Source: the human T2T-CHM13v2.0 reference genome, Homo sapiens
Length of the DNA stretch: 64,000 nt
Strand: one strand, 5' to 3'
Assembly (NCBI RefSeq): GCF_009914755.1
Contig: NC_060927.1
The position numbers were made by a program, and so were the translations under genes. This document shows positions 1-20,557 of the stretch, piece after piece. The first letter of the stretch is position 1; each line of letters opens with the position of its first letter. Below the pieces are notes generated by a model, which worked only from the letters and a program-made list of their open reading frames with translations, had not been told where the DNA came from and made no database searches.

Positions 1-7
1 TAGTGGG

Positions 8-38
<31 letters not shown>

Positions 39-39
39 G

Positions 40-79
<40 letters not shown>
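8..79. repeat. (CT)n(CA)n compound microsatellite
   Basis: Directly visible CT run followed by CA run. Confidence 0.95.
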
Positions 80-81
<2 letters not shown>

Positions 82-365
82 CATACTTCACTCCAGAGGG
101 GGCAAATGATCAGGCCTGGACAATGAGAATACTCCATTGTCCTGGACACAGTGACTGGTTCATGAGTGGGCCCATAACCCAAGTCAAAGAGTTGAGAATG
201 ATATCCAGCTCATGCATTGCCGTTTACAGAAAAGGGGTGTTCTCTTTCTACTGAGTGTGTTGAACTGAGGGAATTGTGAGCTGAAGCTAGTGGAGACAGA
301 GCTTCAGCAGAGAGCTTGTCTAAGAATAAGGTCGACACAAAGGGAAGCTATGAAATGGAGAGGGA

Positions 366-660
366 GGCCAGGCACGGTGGCTCACACCTGTAATCCCAGC
401 AGTTCGGGAGGCCGAGGCAGGCGGATCACTTGAGATCAGGAGTTTGAGTCCAGCCTGGCCAACATGGCAAAACCCCATCTCTACTAAAAATACAAAAATT
501 AGCTGGGCATGGTAGTGGGCACCTGTAATCCCAGCTACTTGGGAGGCTGAGGCAGGAGAATCACTTCAACCCAGGAGGCAGAGGTTGCAGTGAGCTGAGA
601 TCCCACCACTGCACTGCAGCCTGGGCAACAGAATGAGACTCCTCTCAAAAAGAAAAAGAA
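366..660 (+). mobile_element. Alu (S-like)
   Basis: Full dimer ggccaggcacggtggctcac...; degenerate TSD gaaatgg(a/c)gag. Confidence 0.95.
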
Positions 661-720
661 AGAAAAGAAAAGAAAGAAAGAGGGAGAGAGAGAGAGAAAG
701 AAAGAAAGAGAGAGAGAGAG

Positions 721-775
<55 letters not shown>

Positions 776-780
776 AGAAA
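650..780 (+). repeat. (GAAA)n/(GA)n tract from Alu tail
   Basis: Visible pure purine tract. Confidence 0.95.
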
Positions 781-1022
781 TGGCGAGAGCATTCTGGTGA
801 CATAGTTAGAGCATCTGCATCCATCTGTGCCTGAAAATCTACTTCTGAATTGTTTTCTTAAGGTTACCCAATAAATTCAATTTTTGCTTAAGTCAGTTTG
901 AGTTAGTTTTTAATCACTTCCAATCAAAATAACTAACCTTAATAACTTACCTACATTCCTCTGAAAGAGAGAGAGCAGGGGCATTATTTGTCTAGTATAT
1001 CACTTTTGTAGAAAAGTGCCTG

Positions 1023-1312
1023 GGCCAAGCATGGTGGCTCACACCTGTAATCCTAGCACTTTGGGAGGCTAAGGCGGGTGGATCACCTGAGGTCAGGAGT
1101 TCAAGACCAGCCTGGCCAACATGGCGAAACCTGTCTCTACTAAAAATACAAAAATCAGCCAGGTGTGGTGGCTTGTGCCTGTAATCCCAGATACTCGGGA
1201 GTCTGAGGCAAGAGAAGTGCTTGAACATGGGGGCGGAGGTTGCAGTGAGCCGAGATTGCACCATTGCACTCCAGCCTGGGTGACAACAGTGAAACTCTGA
1301 AAAAAAAAAAAA
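1023..1312 (+). mobile_element. Alu (S-like)
   Basis: Full dimer with A tail. Confidence 0.95.
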
Positions 1313-1371
1313 GAGAGAAAGAAAGAAAGAGAGAGCAAGAGAGGAAGGAAGGAAGGACGGAGAAAGAAGGA

Positions 1372-1435
<64 letters not shown>

Positions 1436-1450
1436 GAGGAAGAGAGAAAG

Positions 1451-1508
<58 letters not shown>

Positions 1509-1525
1509 GAAGAAAAGAAAGAAAG
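1313..1525 (+). repeat. (GAAA)n-rich tract from Alu tail
   Basis: Visible ~210-bp purine tract. Confidence 0.95.
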
Positions 1526-1549
1526 ATGCCTTGATGGGTGAGCTACTCC

Positions 1550-1770
1550 TGATAGACTGAAAGTAAAAGACCAGAATTTGAAGCCCATCTCTGCCACATG
1601 TTAACTGTGTAACCTGGGAAGACGATGGTACTCTTCAGAGCCGTGTTTTCTTCATTTGTCAAATGGAGAAGAACGTAATTCCTTCCCACAGATGTTGTAA
1701 GGATTAAAAGAGATAATGGATAGGAAAAGAGCTTTGTAAACTGAAAGAGGCTATAAATGTAAGTGATTAT
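1550..1770 (+). mobile_element. MIR
   Basis: Core ttcttcatttgtcaaatgg...gttgtaaggattaaaagagataat. Confidence 0.75.
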
Positions 1771-2139
1771 CATTAAAGTTTAATAATAAATGACTTGTCC
1801 AAAGAGTTGAAAGAGCAGTAGTATTGGAAATGCCCTTGCTGAGCCATGAGGAGCTGGGACAGGACGTGTTCTCATTTTAAAGACTAAACTTGGAGCAGTT
1901 ACGGAAAGAAAATCTGAGAGTTCTCTACAGGAAGAACATCTTATCGACCCCAGGGAGGGGCCAGACCAGAATGGAAGACTTGTGCGATTCAAATGGGGAC
2001 TGTAGATCTTAAGCAAGGATGATGCTGGACTGCATTTGGATAAGAAGAGAAGCCCTGGGTACTTCCAGCCAGTATCCTGCTGAGGAATGATTTGCAACTT
2101 GCTGGTAGCTCTCACTGCATTCTAGGTCCCCTGTTCATT

Positions 2140-3154
<1,015 letters not shown>

Positions 3155-3315
3155 TAACTGCTTTTAAGTGTCAGTTTCCTCATCTTTAAAGTGGGAATAA
3201 CAATAGTAGTGTCTTCTTCCAAAAGTTTTCAAGAAGATTGAATGAGATATTGTGCATGCAAAGTGCTGAGCACTTAGAAAACATTCAAAAGCTGTTTGCC
3301 ATTAATATTGTATAG

Positions 3316-4347
3316 CTCTCCCTCTCCCTCTCCCTCTCCCCCCTCTCCCTCTCCCCACGGTCTCCCTCTCCCTCTCTTTCCACGGTCTCCCTCTCATGCT
3401 GAGCCGAAGCTGGACTGTACTGGGGCCATCTCGGCTCACTGCAACCTCCCTGCCTGATTCTCCTGCCTCAGCCTGCCGAGTGCCTGCGATTGCAGGCGCG
3501 TGCCGCCACGCCTGACTGGTTTTCGTATTTTTTGGTTGGAGACGGGGTTTCGCTGTGTTGGCCGGGCTGGTCTCCAGCTCCTAACCGCGAGTGATCCGCC
3601 AGCCTCGGCCTCCCGAGGTGCCGGGATTGCAGACGGAGTCTGGTTCACTCAGTGCTCAATGGTGCCCAGGCTGGAGTGCAGTGGCGTGATCTCGGCTCGC
3701 TACAACCTCCACCTCCCAGCCGCCTGCCTTGGCCTCCCAAAGTGCCGAGATTGCAGCCTCTGCCCGGCCGCCACCCCGTCTGGGAAGTGAGGAGCGTCTC
3801 TGCCTGGCCGCCCATCCTCTGGGATGTGAGGAGCCCCTCTGCCTGGCTGCCCAGTCTGGAAAGTGAGGAGCGTCTCTGCCCGGCCGCCCATCGTCTGAGA
3901 TGTGGGGAGCGCCTCTGCCCCGTCACCCCGTCTGGGAAGTGAGGAGCGCCTCTGCCCGGCCGCCATCCCATCTAGGAAGTGAGGAGCACCTCTTCCCGGC
4001 CGCCATCCCATCTGGGAAGTGAGGAGCGTCTCTGCCTGGCCGCCCATCCTCTGGGACGTGAGGAGCCCCTCTGCCTGGCTGCCCAGTCTGGAAAGTGAGG
4101 AGCGTCTCTGCCCGGCCACCCATCGTCTGAGATGTGGGGAGCGCCTCTGCCCCGTCGCCCCGTCTGGGAAGTGAGGAGCGCCTCTGCCCGGCAGCCAGCC
4201 CGTCCGGGAGGGAGGTGGGGGTCAGCCCCCCGCCCGGCCAGCTGCCCCGTCTGGGAGGTGAGGGGCGCCTCTGCCCGGCCGCCCCTACTGGGAAGTGAGG
4301 AGCCCCTCTGCCCGGCCAGCCGCCCCGTCCGGGAGGTGAGAAAAAAA
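3316..4347 (+). mobile_element. SVA (D-like), 3'-truncated within the VNTR, no SINE-R
   Basis: (CCCTCT)n head, Alu-like domain, VNTR; ends gggaggtgag+A7; TSD atattgtatagct 3305-3317/4355-4367. Confidence 0.95.
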
Positions 4348-4559
4348 TATATATATATTGTATAGCTAGAAAGTGGGCATTCCAGGATTGAAACCTGTGT
4401 GTGTTTTCACCCACACCTCATGCATGCATCCCTTACATCAAACTTTCCGAAGTTCCTAAGCCCCTAAGGGTAGGAGTCAGAGCTATCCTAAAGTCAGATA
4501 AACAGATATTTGTATTCTAACCCTGATACCTAAGAGTTTTTGTGAGCTTGGCTTGTTGT

Positions 4560-5080
<521 letters not shown>

Positions 5081-5719
5081 TTGTATCAGTTTATGTAAAT
5101 TATCTGAACCTCATTCTTCTTACTTACAAAATTGAACCTACAACTGCTTAACCTCACATGGTAAAATACATAAGGAGCTGGTCACACAGTAGATGCTCTA
5201 GTTAACACTAGCACAGAGGATTTTATCTTCTGTAGGAGGTTAGGTCCTAAAGACAAATGCAACTGGGGAGGTGTATCATATAAATTATCCTTGAAAAATT
5301 CCTTAATTGCCCAAAAATACAATAACCAAGGTTTCATGTATATTATCCCATCTTGTACTTCATAGGTACTAAAGTTGGAGAAAACTGAGAGAGACTAAAG
5401 AAAGAAACAAGAACGTCTATTTGAGGATGTGGAAACATTCAACTATTCTGCCTTTAAAATATCATTATTCCTCTGAAAATATGGGAGAGATGGAAAATTC
5501 TAAACGATTCATATTTACCTATAGAATTTGCTCTTTATAGGTTCTTTATAAAGTCTACAAAGCATTAATACATAAAATAGATAAATTAGTGCTTGTGAAG
5601 ATAAAGATAAACAGGATAGTCATCTCTCAAGGTATCAGTCTTTAAATTAAATGTGTGTATGAAACCATCAGTATATGCTGAAATGGAAAACCTGTAGGAT
5701 TTGTCTATTGTTATTATGA

Positions 5720-6024
<305 letters not shown>

Positions 6025-6155
6025 GTTATTATTATTTTAGAGACTGGGCCTCCATATGTTGCCTAGGCTGGCCTCGAGCTCCAGGGCTAAAGAAATCCTC
6101 TTGCCTCAGCTTCCCAAATTGCTGGGATTACAGGCATGAGTCACCACGCCTGGCT
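6025..6155 (-). mobile_element. FLAM/Alu left monomer
   Basis: Antisense monomer. Confidence 0.8.
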
Positions 6156-6159
6156 GGAT

Positions 6160-6371
6160 TTCTTCTACCCAGTACTCTCTCCTTTTTTTCTGATAATAGC
6201 CCCTCTTGCCCTCTTGGGGTCATAGCAGTAGATGTGTGTTCCAGTTCAGCTAATCATACTGCCCTGCCCCACCTGGCTTTAATACTTTGGCCTCAGGATG
6301 GACAACTGAGCCCATCCTAATCAATCAGCATCTTCCCTGGGGGAAGAGGAAAGACAGAGAGAGAGAGAGAA

Positions 6372-6402
<31 letters not shown>

Positions 6403-6830
6403 TGGGCTCAGTTTTTCATTCCTTAAATCATACATTGTAAAGATGCTGACTTTAGGTTGCAGATGGTCATGCCCACAATTCTGTGGCAGAGCCTGAGAGT
6501 AAGAGAATAAGGTCAACATGTTTTCAGAAGCTGGGTTGACAGATGGAAGATTTTTTTTTTTTTAATTTTTGAGACGGGGTCTTGCTGTGTTGCCCAGGCT
6601 GGTCTTGGACTCCCGGGCTCAAGCAATCCTCCCACCTCAGCCTCCTGAGAAGTTGGAACTATAGGTGCAAGCCACTGTGCCCAGCTGATGGAGAGATTCT
6701 TAATGCTGTTTGAGATACTGTGGTCAAAACTGTACCTGGCTTTCCAAAATTACCCCTGGCTTTCAATGATTTGCTTAGATCTCTCTTTTTAATTTGAAAC
6801 CGCCCTTTCAAATAATGGTTTGAATTAGCT
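6160..6830 (+). mobile_element. LTR16-like ERVL relic with (GA)n tract and Alu monomer
   Basis: ggcctcaggatggacaactgagcccatcctaatcaatcag resembles LTR16. Confidence 0.4.
6551..6686 (-). mobile_element. FLAM/Alu monomer
   Basis: Antisense monomer. Confidence 0.85.
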
Positions 6831-6944
6831 TTCTGGGTCATGTTCCTGGCAGTCCTAGCTAGTGCTGTATTTTTCTCTTTCCTCCCTCAATCCCACACAT
6901 TATCTCTTTCTCTTTGACTTGGGGACCAAGTCATTTATTCCTTC

Positions 6945-7287
<343 letters not shown>

Positions 7288-7309
7288 GTAGACACTATTT
7301 TATGCCTAC

Positions 7310-7630
7310 ATCAATAAATGTCAGTGCTACCTTATGTGTAACAGGCCCTATGCCAGGCACTGGGGACACAAAGATGAATAAGACCTAGTCCGTGCCTTTG
7401 AGGAGCATACTGTATAATAGAAGAACAAGGGAACAGATGGAGCATAGTTAGAATGTCAGAGGGTGACTCCGAGATTTTGAGCACCATTTGAATGGGCCAA
7501 CTGGAGCTGAGATCTTAAATGAATCACCTAAACTTACTTTCTGAATCTCAGTTGCTTCATCTGCAAAGAGGCTATTGCAAAAAAAATACTATTTTATGGA
7601 TGATTAAATAAAACAATGTGCTTTATACTT
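7310..7630. mobile_element. L2 and MIR fragments
   Basis: tgccaggcactggggacacaaagatgaataagac (L2); ctgaatctcagttgcttcatctgcaaa (MIR). Confidence 0.65.
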
Positions 7631-7639
7631 TTTTAATTT

Positions 7640-7834
<195 letters not shown>

Positions 7835-8139
7835 GTGCTTTATACTTTAAGAAAAAGGAAAATGTCAGGAATTAGTCATACACTAGCAAGATGCCTGCAC
7901 AACTGTACCATGTCTTTACTTGTAAGCATCTGCCTCATTCGGGACTCTTGGGGTGCAGGTGACACAGACCTGATGAAAACTGACATTAGCAGAAATAGGT
8001 TCCTGCAGGATCCAGTTGCTCACGTGATAGGGTTGTGAAATTATTCTCTTCCCATGGATCCTGCTTTCCTGTCCATGGTTCTCTGCTTGCTCAGGCAAGA
8101 TCCTCCCAAGCCATGGCAATAGGGCTTTGCTAGCATCGT

Positions 8140-9560
<1,421 letters not shown>

Positions 9561-9637
9561 CACCTTTTCAGCCTTCATTTCATTGTTCACATTTTCTTTA
9601 TTCTTGGTTTTCCATCTGCTTGTTTGGAAATCTGTAA

Positions 9638-10381
<744 letters not shown>

Positions 10382-10529
10382 TCAACAAAGAGGGTATGAA
10401 CCTCAGTCACTGTTGATACTAAGAGAGTCATCGCAATATCATGTTATTGCATATAAAGCAATTGTTCGCTAACAGCTGTATTATTCATTTGGGATTGGGA
10501 AACAATGATTTTTGGTTTTGATTTGTGTG

Positions 10530-12227
<1,698 letters not shown>

Positions 12228-12374
12228 TAAAATAATGGGGACTAGGCTTCTGCCTGTTGTATGTTTTCACACAAAACTTCTGATTTCTAACACAGATTAC
12301 TGATGTTAAGCAAGAGATATCTGTATTGTATTTCTACACCTTATTAGTTAGCCTTACATTTTACTTATTTTACT

Positions 12375-12505
12375 TTTTAAAAAATTCTTCGTAGAGACCA
12401 AGCCTTGCCTTTGTTGCCCAAGCTAGTCTTAAATTCCTCAAGCGATCCTCCCATCTCAGCCTGCCAAAGCACTGGGATTACAGGTGTGAGCCACTCTGCC
12501 TGGCC
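12375..12505 (-). mobile_element. FLAM/Alu monomer
   Basis: Antisense monomer. Confidence 0.8.
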
Positions 12506-12679
12506 TTTACCCTTACCCTTATTTACTTTACCCTTAAAGTAAATCAAGGTCTCTATACTCCTCCTGCACAGAAATGGATCTTAGAATATTTTAACTTAGA
12601 ATCGTACTCTTCTATTTTCATTGTTATTGTTGCCTATGCATTTTTAGTTCCATCTTCTATTTAAAGTCCCCCAAAGTGT

Positions 12680-14930
12680 AACTTTTTAAAGTCAGGTTCA
12701 TTGAGGTATAATTTATGCAGAGAAAAATTCACCCTTTTCAGTACTGACAAGCTGAACCATCACCAAATGGCTCAGTATTACCACCAGTATAAACCACTAC
12801 CAAAATTAAGATACAGAAGAGGTCCGTCATCCCCCAAATTTCCTGCTGTCCCTTTCTTGTTGGCTACTCACCCTACCTAAAGCCCTGGGCAACCGTTTGC
12901 TTCTTTTCTATCCCTGTGGGTTTTGCCTTTTCAACAATGGCACATAAATAGAATCATACAACATGTACCCTCTTGAATCTGGCTTCTTTCACTTGGCATA
13001 ACACATTTGTAATTCAACCATGTTGTTGGTATCAGTAGTTGGTCTCTTTTAATTGCTGAATAGTAATTCATTGTATGGATGAACCACAGTTTGCTTGTCC
13101 ATTCACCATCTGAGGGAGACACTTGGGGGTATTTGGGTTGTTTCCAGCTTTTGACAAGTATAAATAAAGCTACTGTAAACCCTCTATAGGTTTTTGTAAA
13201 AATGTAAGTTGTCATTTCTCTGGGGTAAATACCCAGGAGTGAGATTGCTGAGTCATGTGGTAAGCATATATTTAACTTTAGGAGAAACTGCCAAATAGTT
13301 TTCCAGAGTGGTTGTGCCATTTTGCATTCCCACCAACAATGTATAAGTGTTCCAGTTGCTCCACATCCTCACTGGGACTCGGTCTTTAAAAAAAATAAAT
13401 AAATACCTCTCCCGCTCCCGCTCCCGCTCCCCACGGTCTCCCTCTCCCTCTCTTTCCACGGTCTCCCTCTGATGCCGAGCTGAAGCTGGACTGTACTGGG
13501 GCCATCTCGGCTCACTGCAACCTCCCTGCCTGATTCTCCTGCCTCAGCCTGCCGAGTGCCTGGTTTTCGTATTTTTTTGGTGGAGACGGGGTTTCGCTGT
13601 GTTGGCCGGGCTGGTCTCCAGCTCCTAACCGCGAGTGATCCGCCAGCCTCGGCCTCCCGAGGTGCCGGGATTGCAGACGGAGTCTGGTTCACTCAGTGCT
13701 CAATGGTGCCCAGGCTGGAGTGCAGTGGCGTGATCTCGGCTCGCTACAACCTCCACCTCCCAGCCGCCTGCCTTGGCCTCCCAAAGTGCTGAGATTGCAG
13801 CCTCTGCCCGGCCGCCACCCCGTCTGGGAAGTGAGGAGAGTCTCTGCCTGGCCGCCCATCGTCTGGGATGTGAGGAGCCTCTCTGCCTGGCTGCCCAGTC
13901 TAGAAAGTGAGGAGCGCCTCTTCCCGGCCGCCATCCCGTCTAGGAATTGAGGAGCGTCTCTGCCCGGCCGCCCATCGTCTGAGATGTGGGGAGCGCCTCT
14001 GCCCGGCCGCCCCGTCTGGGATGTGAGGAGCGTCTCTGCCCAGCTGCCCCGTCTGAGAAGTGAGGAGCCCCTCTGCCCCGCAGCCGCCCCGTCCGGGAGG
14101 GAGGTGGGGGGCCCCTCTGCCCGGCCGCCCCTTCTGGGAAGTGAGGAGCCCCTCTGCCCGGCCGCCACCCCATCTGGGAGGTGTACCCAACAGCTCATTG
14201 AGAATGGGCCATGATGACGATGGCAGTTTTGTGGAATAGAAAAGGGGGAAATGTGGTGAAAAGATAGAGAAATCAGATTGTTGCTGTGTCTGTGTAGAAA
14301 GAAGTAGACATAGGAGACTCCATTTTGTTCTGTACTAAGAAAAATTCTTCTGCCTTGGGATCCTGTTGATCTATGACCTTACCCCCAACCCGGTGCTCTC
14401 TGAAACATGTGCTGTGTCCACTCAGGGTTAAATGGATTAAGGGCGGTGCAAGATGTGCTTTGTTAAACAGATGCTTGAAGGCAGCATGCTTGTTAAGAAT
14501 CATCACCACTCCCTAATCTCAAGTACCCAGGGACACAAACACTGAGGAAGGCCGCAGGGTCCTCTGCCTAGGAAAACCAGAGACCTTTGTTCACTTGTTT
14601 ATCTGCTGACCTTCCCTCCACTATTGTCCTATGACCCTGCCAAATCCCCCTATGCGAGAAACACCCAAGAATGATCAATAAAAAAAATGAATAAATAAAT
14701 AAATAAATAAATAAACTGGAGTCATTTGAGTGGGTCTCTCCCTCAGGTTTTAATTTGCATTTCCCTGATGACTAATGATGCTGAGTCTCTTTTCAAGTGT
14801 TTATTTGCTTCGTTGGTGAAGTGTCTGTTCAAATTTTTTGCTCATTTCATATTGGTTTCTTGGTTATCTTATTGTGAAGTTTTAAGAGTTCTTTGTATAT
14901 TATGGACACACGTCCTTTATCAGATATGTG
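12680..14930 (-). mobile_element. L1M 3' segment (first piece of a long fragmented L1)
   Basis: ORF 12931-13320 QPLWKTIWQFLLKLNICLPHDSAISLLGIYP matches the ORF2 C-terminus; sequence resumes at 32528. Confidence 0.9.
13406..14715 (+). mobile_element. SVA, full-length (hexamer, Alu-like, short VNTR, SINE-R, poly-A)
   Basis: (CCCGCT)n head; SINE-R to gaatgatcaataaa; flanked by aaataaataaa. Confidence 0.97.
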
Positions 14931-15052
14931 CACAGGAGCAAAGGGCAAACTCTTCATTCTCTGAAGGTTCACTGAAAATCAACTGACAAAAGACAGATTA
15001 ATAGGAGGAAAGGCATACAAATTTATTAACATGCAGGGGGTTAAGGAGAATC
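14931..15052 (-). mobile_element. ERV1 (MER4-group) LTR 3'-terminal fragment, inverted
   Basis: ctgaaggttcactgaaaatcaactgacaaaagacagattaatagg is the reverse complement of the LTR end also seen at 32468-32527. Confidence 0.7.
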
Positions 15053-15131
15053 CCAGTTTTGGCACTGTGAGCCGGTTACCAAAGCCATTCTGCTCTTCTG
15101 GGGGTCATAGTCAAGGAAGCCTAGGACCTAA

Positions 15132-15463
<332 letters not shown>

Positions 15464-16283
15464 TCAAACACCATTCTTAACTGTCAGTGGCAACAACAGT
15501 ATTCCAGTATCTTAGCCCATTCCCAGGAGTAAATTTCTTGGGGATCACGGAGAATGCTTTTTCTCTGCCCTCTCCAGGAACATCTCTTGCTTAAATGGTA
15601 AAAACTTATTCTAAATCTGGAAAGTTATCTCCTGGGCTTTCCATGAAGAGGCTTATTGGATCAAGCTGCTATCGGACCAAGTACAGTATTGGAAATTTTA
15701 ATTGTCAGTATCTAAAAGATGCATCATTTAAATTAAAAAGGCTCTTATATTTGAAAAGGATTTTAGGGTCTCTCATTCTAAACAATTGCCTGATTTTTAC
15801 TCACGGAAAGATCTATTTGAAAAAAAAAAGACACATAATAGTGTCATAGCTAGCCTTAGAAATTCTCTTGACAAAATTAAAGTTAAAATCTTTTAAATAC
15901 TCAAGTACCTCTTTTGGATTCCCTTACAGGATTTATTTTTTTTAAAAAGTGCTTCATCCTGTAGTCTAGTGTTTAGGATATCTATGCTTTCACCACTGCA
16001 ATCTGGAATCAATTCCTGGTCAGGAAAACAATTCTCTGGAAATGTAAGTTATTTAACTCAGGAGAAGAAACATTTATTAAAAAATTGGTTTGATATGTGT
16101 GTGACTTTTGACTTCGGGGGATATTCATATGTTATTGATACTTTTCCCTTCCATAGACAGCTTTGGATTTCCTGTCTTCTTCTCTCTGTCTGCACATAGG
16201 GCTTTTGGGTCCTTATGTGCAGATGGTCAGATGAGAAGCTAAGACTCTAGGAAATATGGCTGGATAAAAATATGGGTGGTACC

Positions 16284-16571
16284 CGGTGGCTTAAGCCTGT
16301 AATCCCAGCACTTTGGGAGGCCAAGGCAGATGGATCACGAGGTCGGGAGATTGAGACCATCCTGGCTAACACAGTGAAACCCCGTCTCTACTAAAAATAC
16401 AAAAAATTAGCTGGGTGTGGTGGCAGTCCCCTGTAGTCCCAGCTACTCAGGAGGCTGAGGCAGGAGAATGGCGTGAACCCAGGAGGTGGAGCCTGCAGTT
16501 AGCTGAGATTGCACTGCATTCTAGCCTTGGCAATGGAGCGAGACTCCGTTTCAAAAAAAAAAAAAAAAAAA
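16284..16571 (+). mobile_element. Alu (Y-like, slightly 5'-truncated)
   Basis: gaccatcctggctaacac diagnostic. Confidence 0.93.
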
Positions 16572-16887
16572 TACATGGGTTGTACCCCATTTGCAGGTAG
16601 TGAAACTTTCCTTTCTTTGAGCTGTTTTTTGAGGTGATTCTGGAATTTGTGAGGACTGCTTTGCACCTCTTGGGAGATGTCTTATGTGTCCTTGATTAAG
16701 TCATAACCTTAGTTAAGGCTTATTGGTTTTGGTGAGTCATTTGGAAAATACCTTTGGATTGAGAAAACTTCAGAAGCCAGGAATATTGGCTGTTTGTCCT
16801 GGCTAAAATCTGATAATATGAGACTTGAAAGGATTTTTTAAAGAGCTCTACAGTCAGAAGTCAGCTTAATTAAAAGCTGATATTCTT

Positions 16888-17179
16888 GGATGGGCGCGGT
16901 GGCTCACGCCTGTAATCCCAGCACTTTGGGAGGCCGAGGCAGGTAGATCACAAGGTCAGGGGTTCAAGACCAGCCTGGCCAAGATGGTGAAACCCCTTCT
17001 CTACTAAAAATACAAAAAAATTATCCAGGCGTGGTGGCAGGCACCTGTAATCCCAGCTACTTGAGAGGCTGAGGCAGAGAATTGCTTGAACCTGGGAGGC
17101 AGAGGTTGCAGTGAGCCAAGATCATGCCACTGCCCTCCAGCCTGGGTGACAGAGCAAGACTCCATCTCGAAAAAAAAAA
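16888..17179 (+). mobile_element. Alu
   Basis: Dimer; TSD aaaagct(g/a)atattc. Confidence 0.95.
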
Positions 17180-17635
17180 GCTAATATTCAGCCTACAATT
17201 TTGTAGGGGGAAAGACCTTTCTGCTTTTTCTCTTGTGGATCTTGTTTGTGGGAATTTTTTTCAGTTGACTGAAGCCTCTTTTTAATTACAGGTTTTGTCT
17301 CTCTGTTTGCTTCCTTTCTTGTTGGCATGATTTTTGCGAGAGAATTGTAAAATTTCATTGGCCTTTTGGAAAGCTAAACATATCTCCAAACTGGCTCCTT
17401 TAAGACTTAATCTTCCATTCCTATTCACTTCTACTCCACCTTCCTTTTTGCCACCTTAGATTCCACAGGAAGATACCTAGAGGAGACTTCTAGCAACTCT
17501 AAGACCCCTTGAGGAATACAATCAAGGTGTCACTGACCTCTTTTTGGGTGCCCTGTCTTCCTCACGGAGCCCCAAGAGTCATGGGCAGATTCCTCCCAGG
17601 TCTAAAGCTCTGCACTCTTTTGCATTGAGTACCCT

Positions 17636-18253
17636 TATTATAGTCAACAGGTTCCTAAGCCCACTGTACAGTAACAGACGAATTACACAGAGACAGCAGG
17701 GTCTGCAGCAGAGAAAGAGTTTAATAATCACAGGGCGTTGAACAAGGAGATAGAAAGAAACCCTCAAATCCATCTCCCCAAGGTGTTCTGGGCTGAAATG
17801 TTTAAGGGGATTGTGGAGGATGAGGGGGCCAGAAAATTGGGGTCATTGATTGGTCAGAACAAGAAGGATGAAATCATGAGGACGTGGAAACTGAATTCTT
17901 TGGTGAGTCAGCTCCTCATAGGGTCCTTCAGATGTGCTGGCATTAGTGAGGTCCTTCAGACCAGGTGAGTCAGTAGTTTCATCAGTATGCAGGACCTGAA
18001 GGAATATCTCAAAGGTAAAACTTAATGTTTCATAATGTTCAAGTTGTTATCTATAGAAGAGTTAGAGGGAACCATAATCTAGGGTCTATGTGATGTTAGG
18101 ACAATAGGCACCAAACACCTATGACGAAGCAGGTCAGAGAGCAAGCTGACCTAACGATTAATGCTGAGAGTGCTGCGAGCCTGGTTTAGTTTCATTTCCG
18201 CCCCCCTCTCTTCCTCCCGGATTAATTTTATAAAGCTTATAAGGACAGTTTCA
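17636..18253 (-). mobile_element. 3' LTR of provirus (LTR26-like)
   Basis: Minus strand starts tgaaactgtccttataagctttataaaattaatc; homologous to 27409-28040. Confidence 0.85.
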
Positions 18254-18439
18254 GTCTCCCTGGGCTTGATCACCTCTGAATCCTGAGGTGACAGCTAATA
18301 TGGCGATATCAGTCAAAGACCACTCCAGCTTCTTCCTGTTGGCAAGAGGTGTAGCTGGGGTAAGAGTCAGTATTAGAGTAATGAAACTGCCTGAGAGTAA
18401 ACCCTAAGTACTTACAAGTTGCAGGTCAGGAATTTCGAG

Positions 18440-20043
<1,604 letters not shown>

Positions 20044-20127
20044 TTACAAATTCAGGACTGTCTAAATAAAAGGGACGCAAGGAACTACTTTAATATGGCA
20101 CAGGATTTTGAAAATACATATAATTCT

Positions 20128-20440
20128 GGCCAGGCGCAGTGGCTCATGCCTGTAATCCCAGCACTTTGGGAGGCCGAGGTGGGTGGATCACCTAAGGTCA
20201 GGAGTTCGATACCAGCCTGACCAACATGGCAAAATCCCATCTCTACTAAAAATACAAAATGTAGCTGGGTGTGGTGGCGAGTGCCTGTAACCCCAGCTGC
20301 TTGGGAGGCTGAAGCAGGAGAATCGCTTGAACTCGGGAGGCAGAGGTTTCAGTGAGCCAAGATCATGCCACTGCACTCCAGCCTAGGCGACAGAGCAAGA
20401 CTCCGTCTCCAAAAAAAGAAAAAAGAAGGAAAAAAGAAAA
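20128..20440 (+). mobile_element. Alu
   Basis: Dimer; TSD gaaaatacatataattc. Confidence 0.95.
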
Positions 20441-20557
20441 TACATATAATTCCAGGAATAGCAATGACCAAAGCAACTATGAACCCCCTGGGCTCTTGTG
20501 ATCCTTCCTCCTCCTTAACATGGATTAAGCATCTAATAAGGTAGAAAACAGTAGGAG

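Larger units (their letters stand above)
90..930 (+). mobile_element. LTR16-like ERVL LTR relic, interrupted by an Alu
   Basis: ggcctggacaatgagaatactccattgtcctggacacagtgactggttca resembles LTR16; resumes after the Alu with aataaattc...ttaagtcagtttgagtt. Confidence 0.55.

Noticed and set aside
535-1597. Long low-complexity ORFs (FLSF.., KKER..)
   Set aside because: Read-through of (GAAA)n tracts and Alus.
3436-4414. Overlapping GC-rich ORFs and regular ~40-bp repeats resembling a CRISPR-like array (also 13.7-14.2 kb and 35.5-36.2 kb)
   Set aside because: SVA VNTR units with no unique spacers, in primate repeat context.
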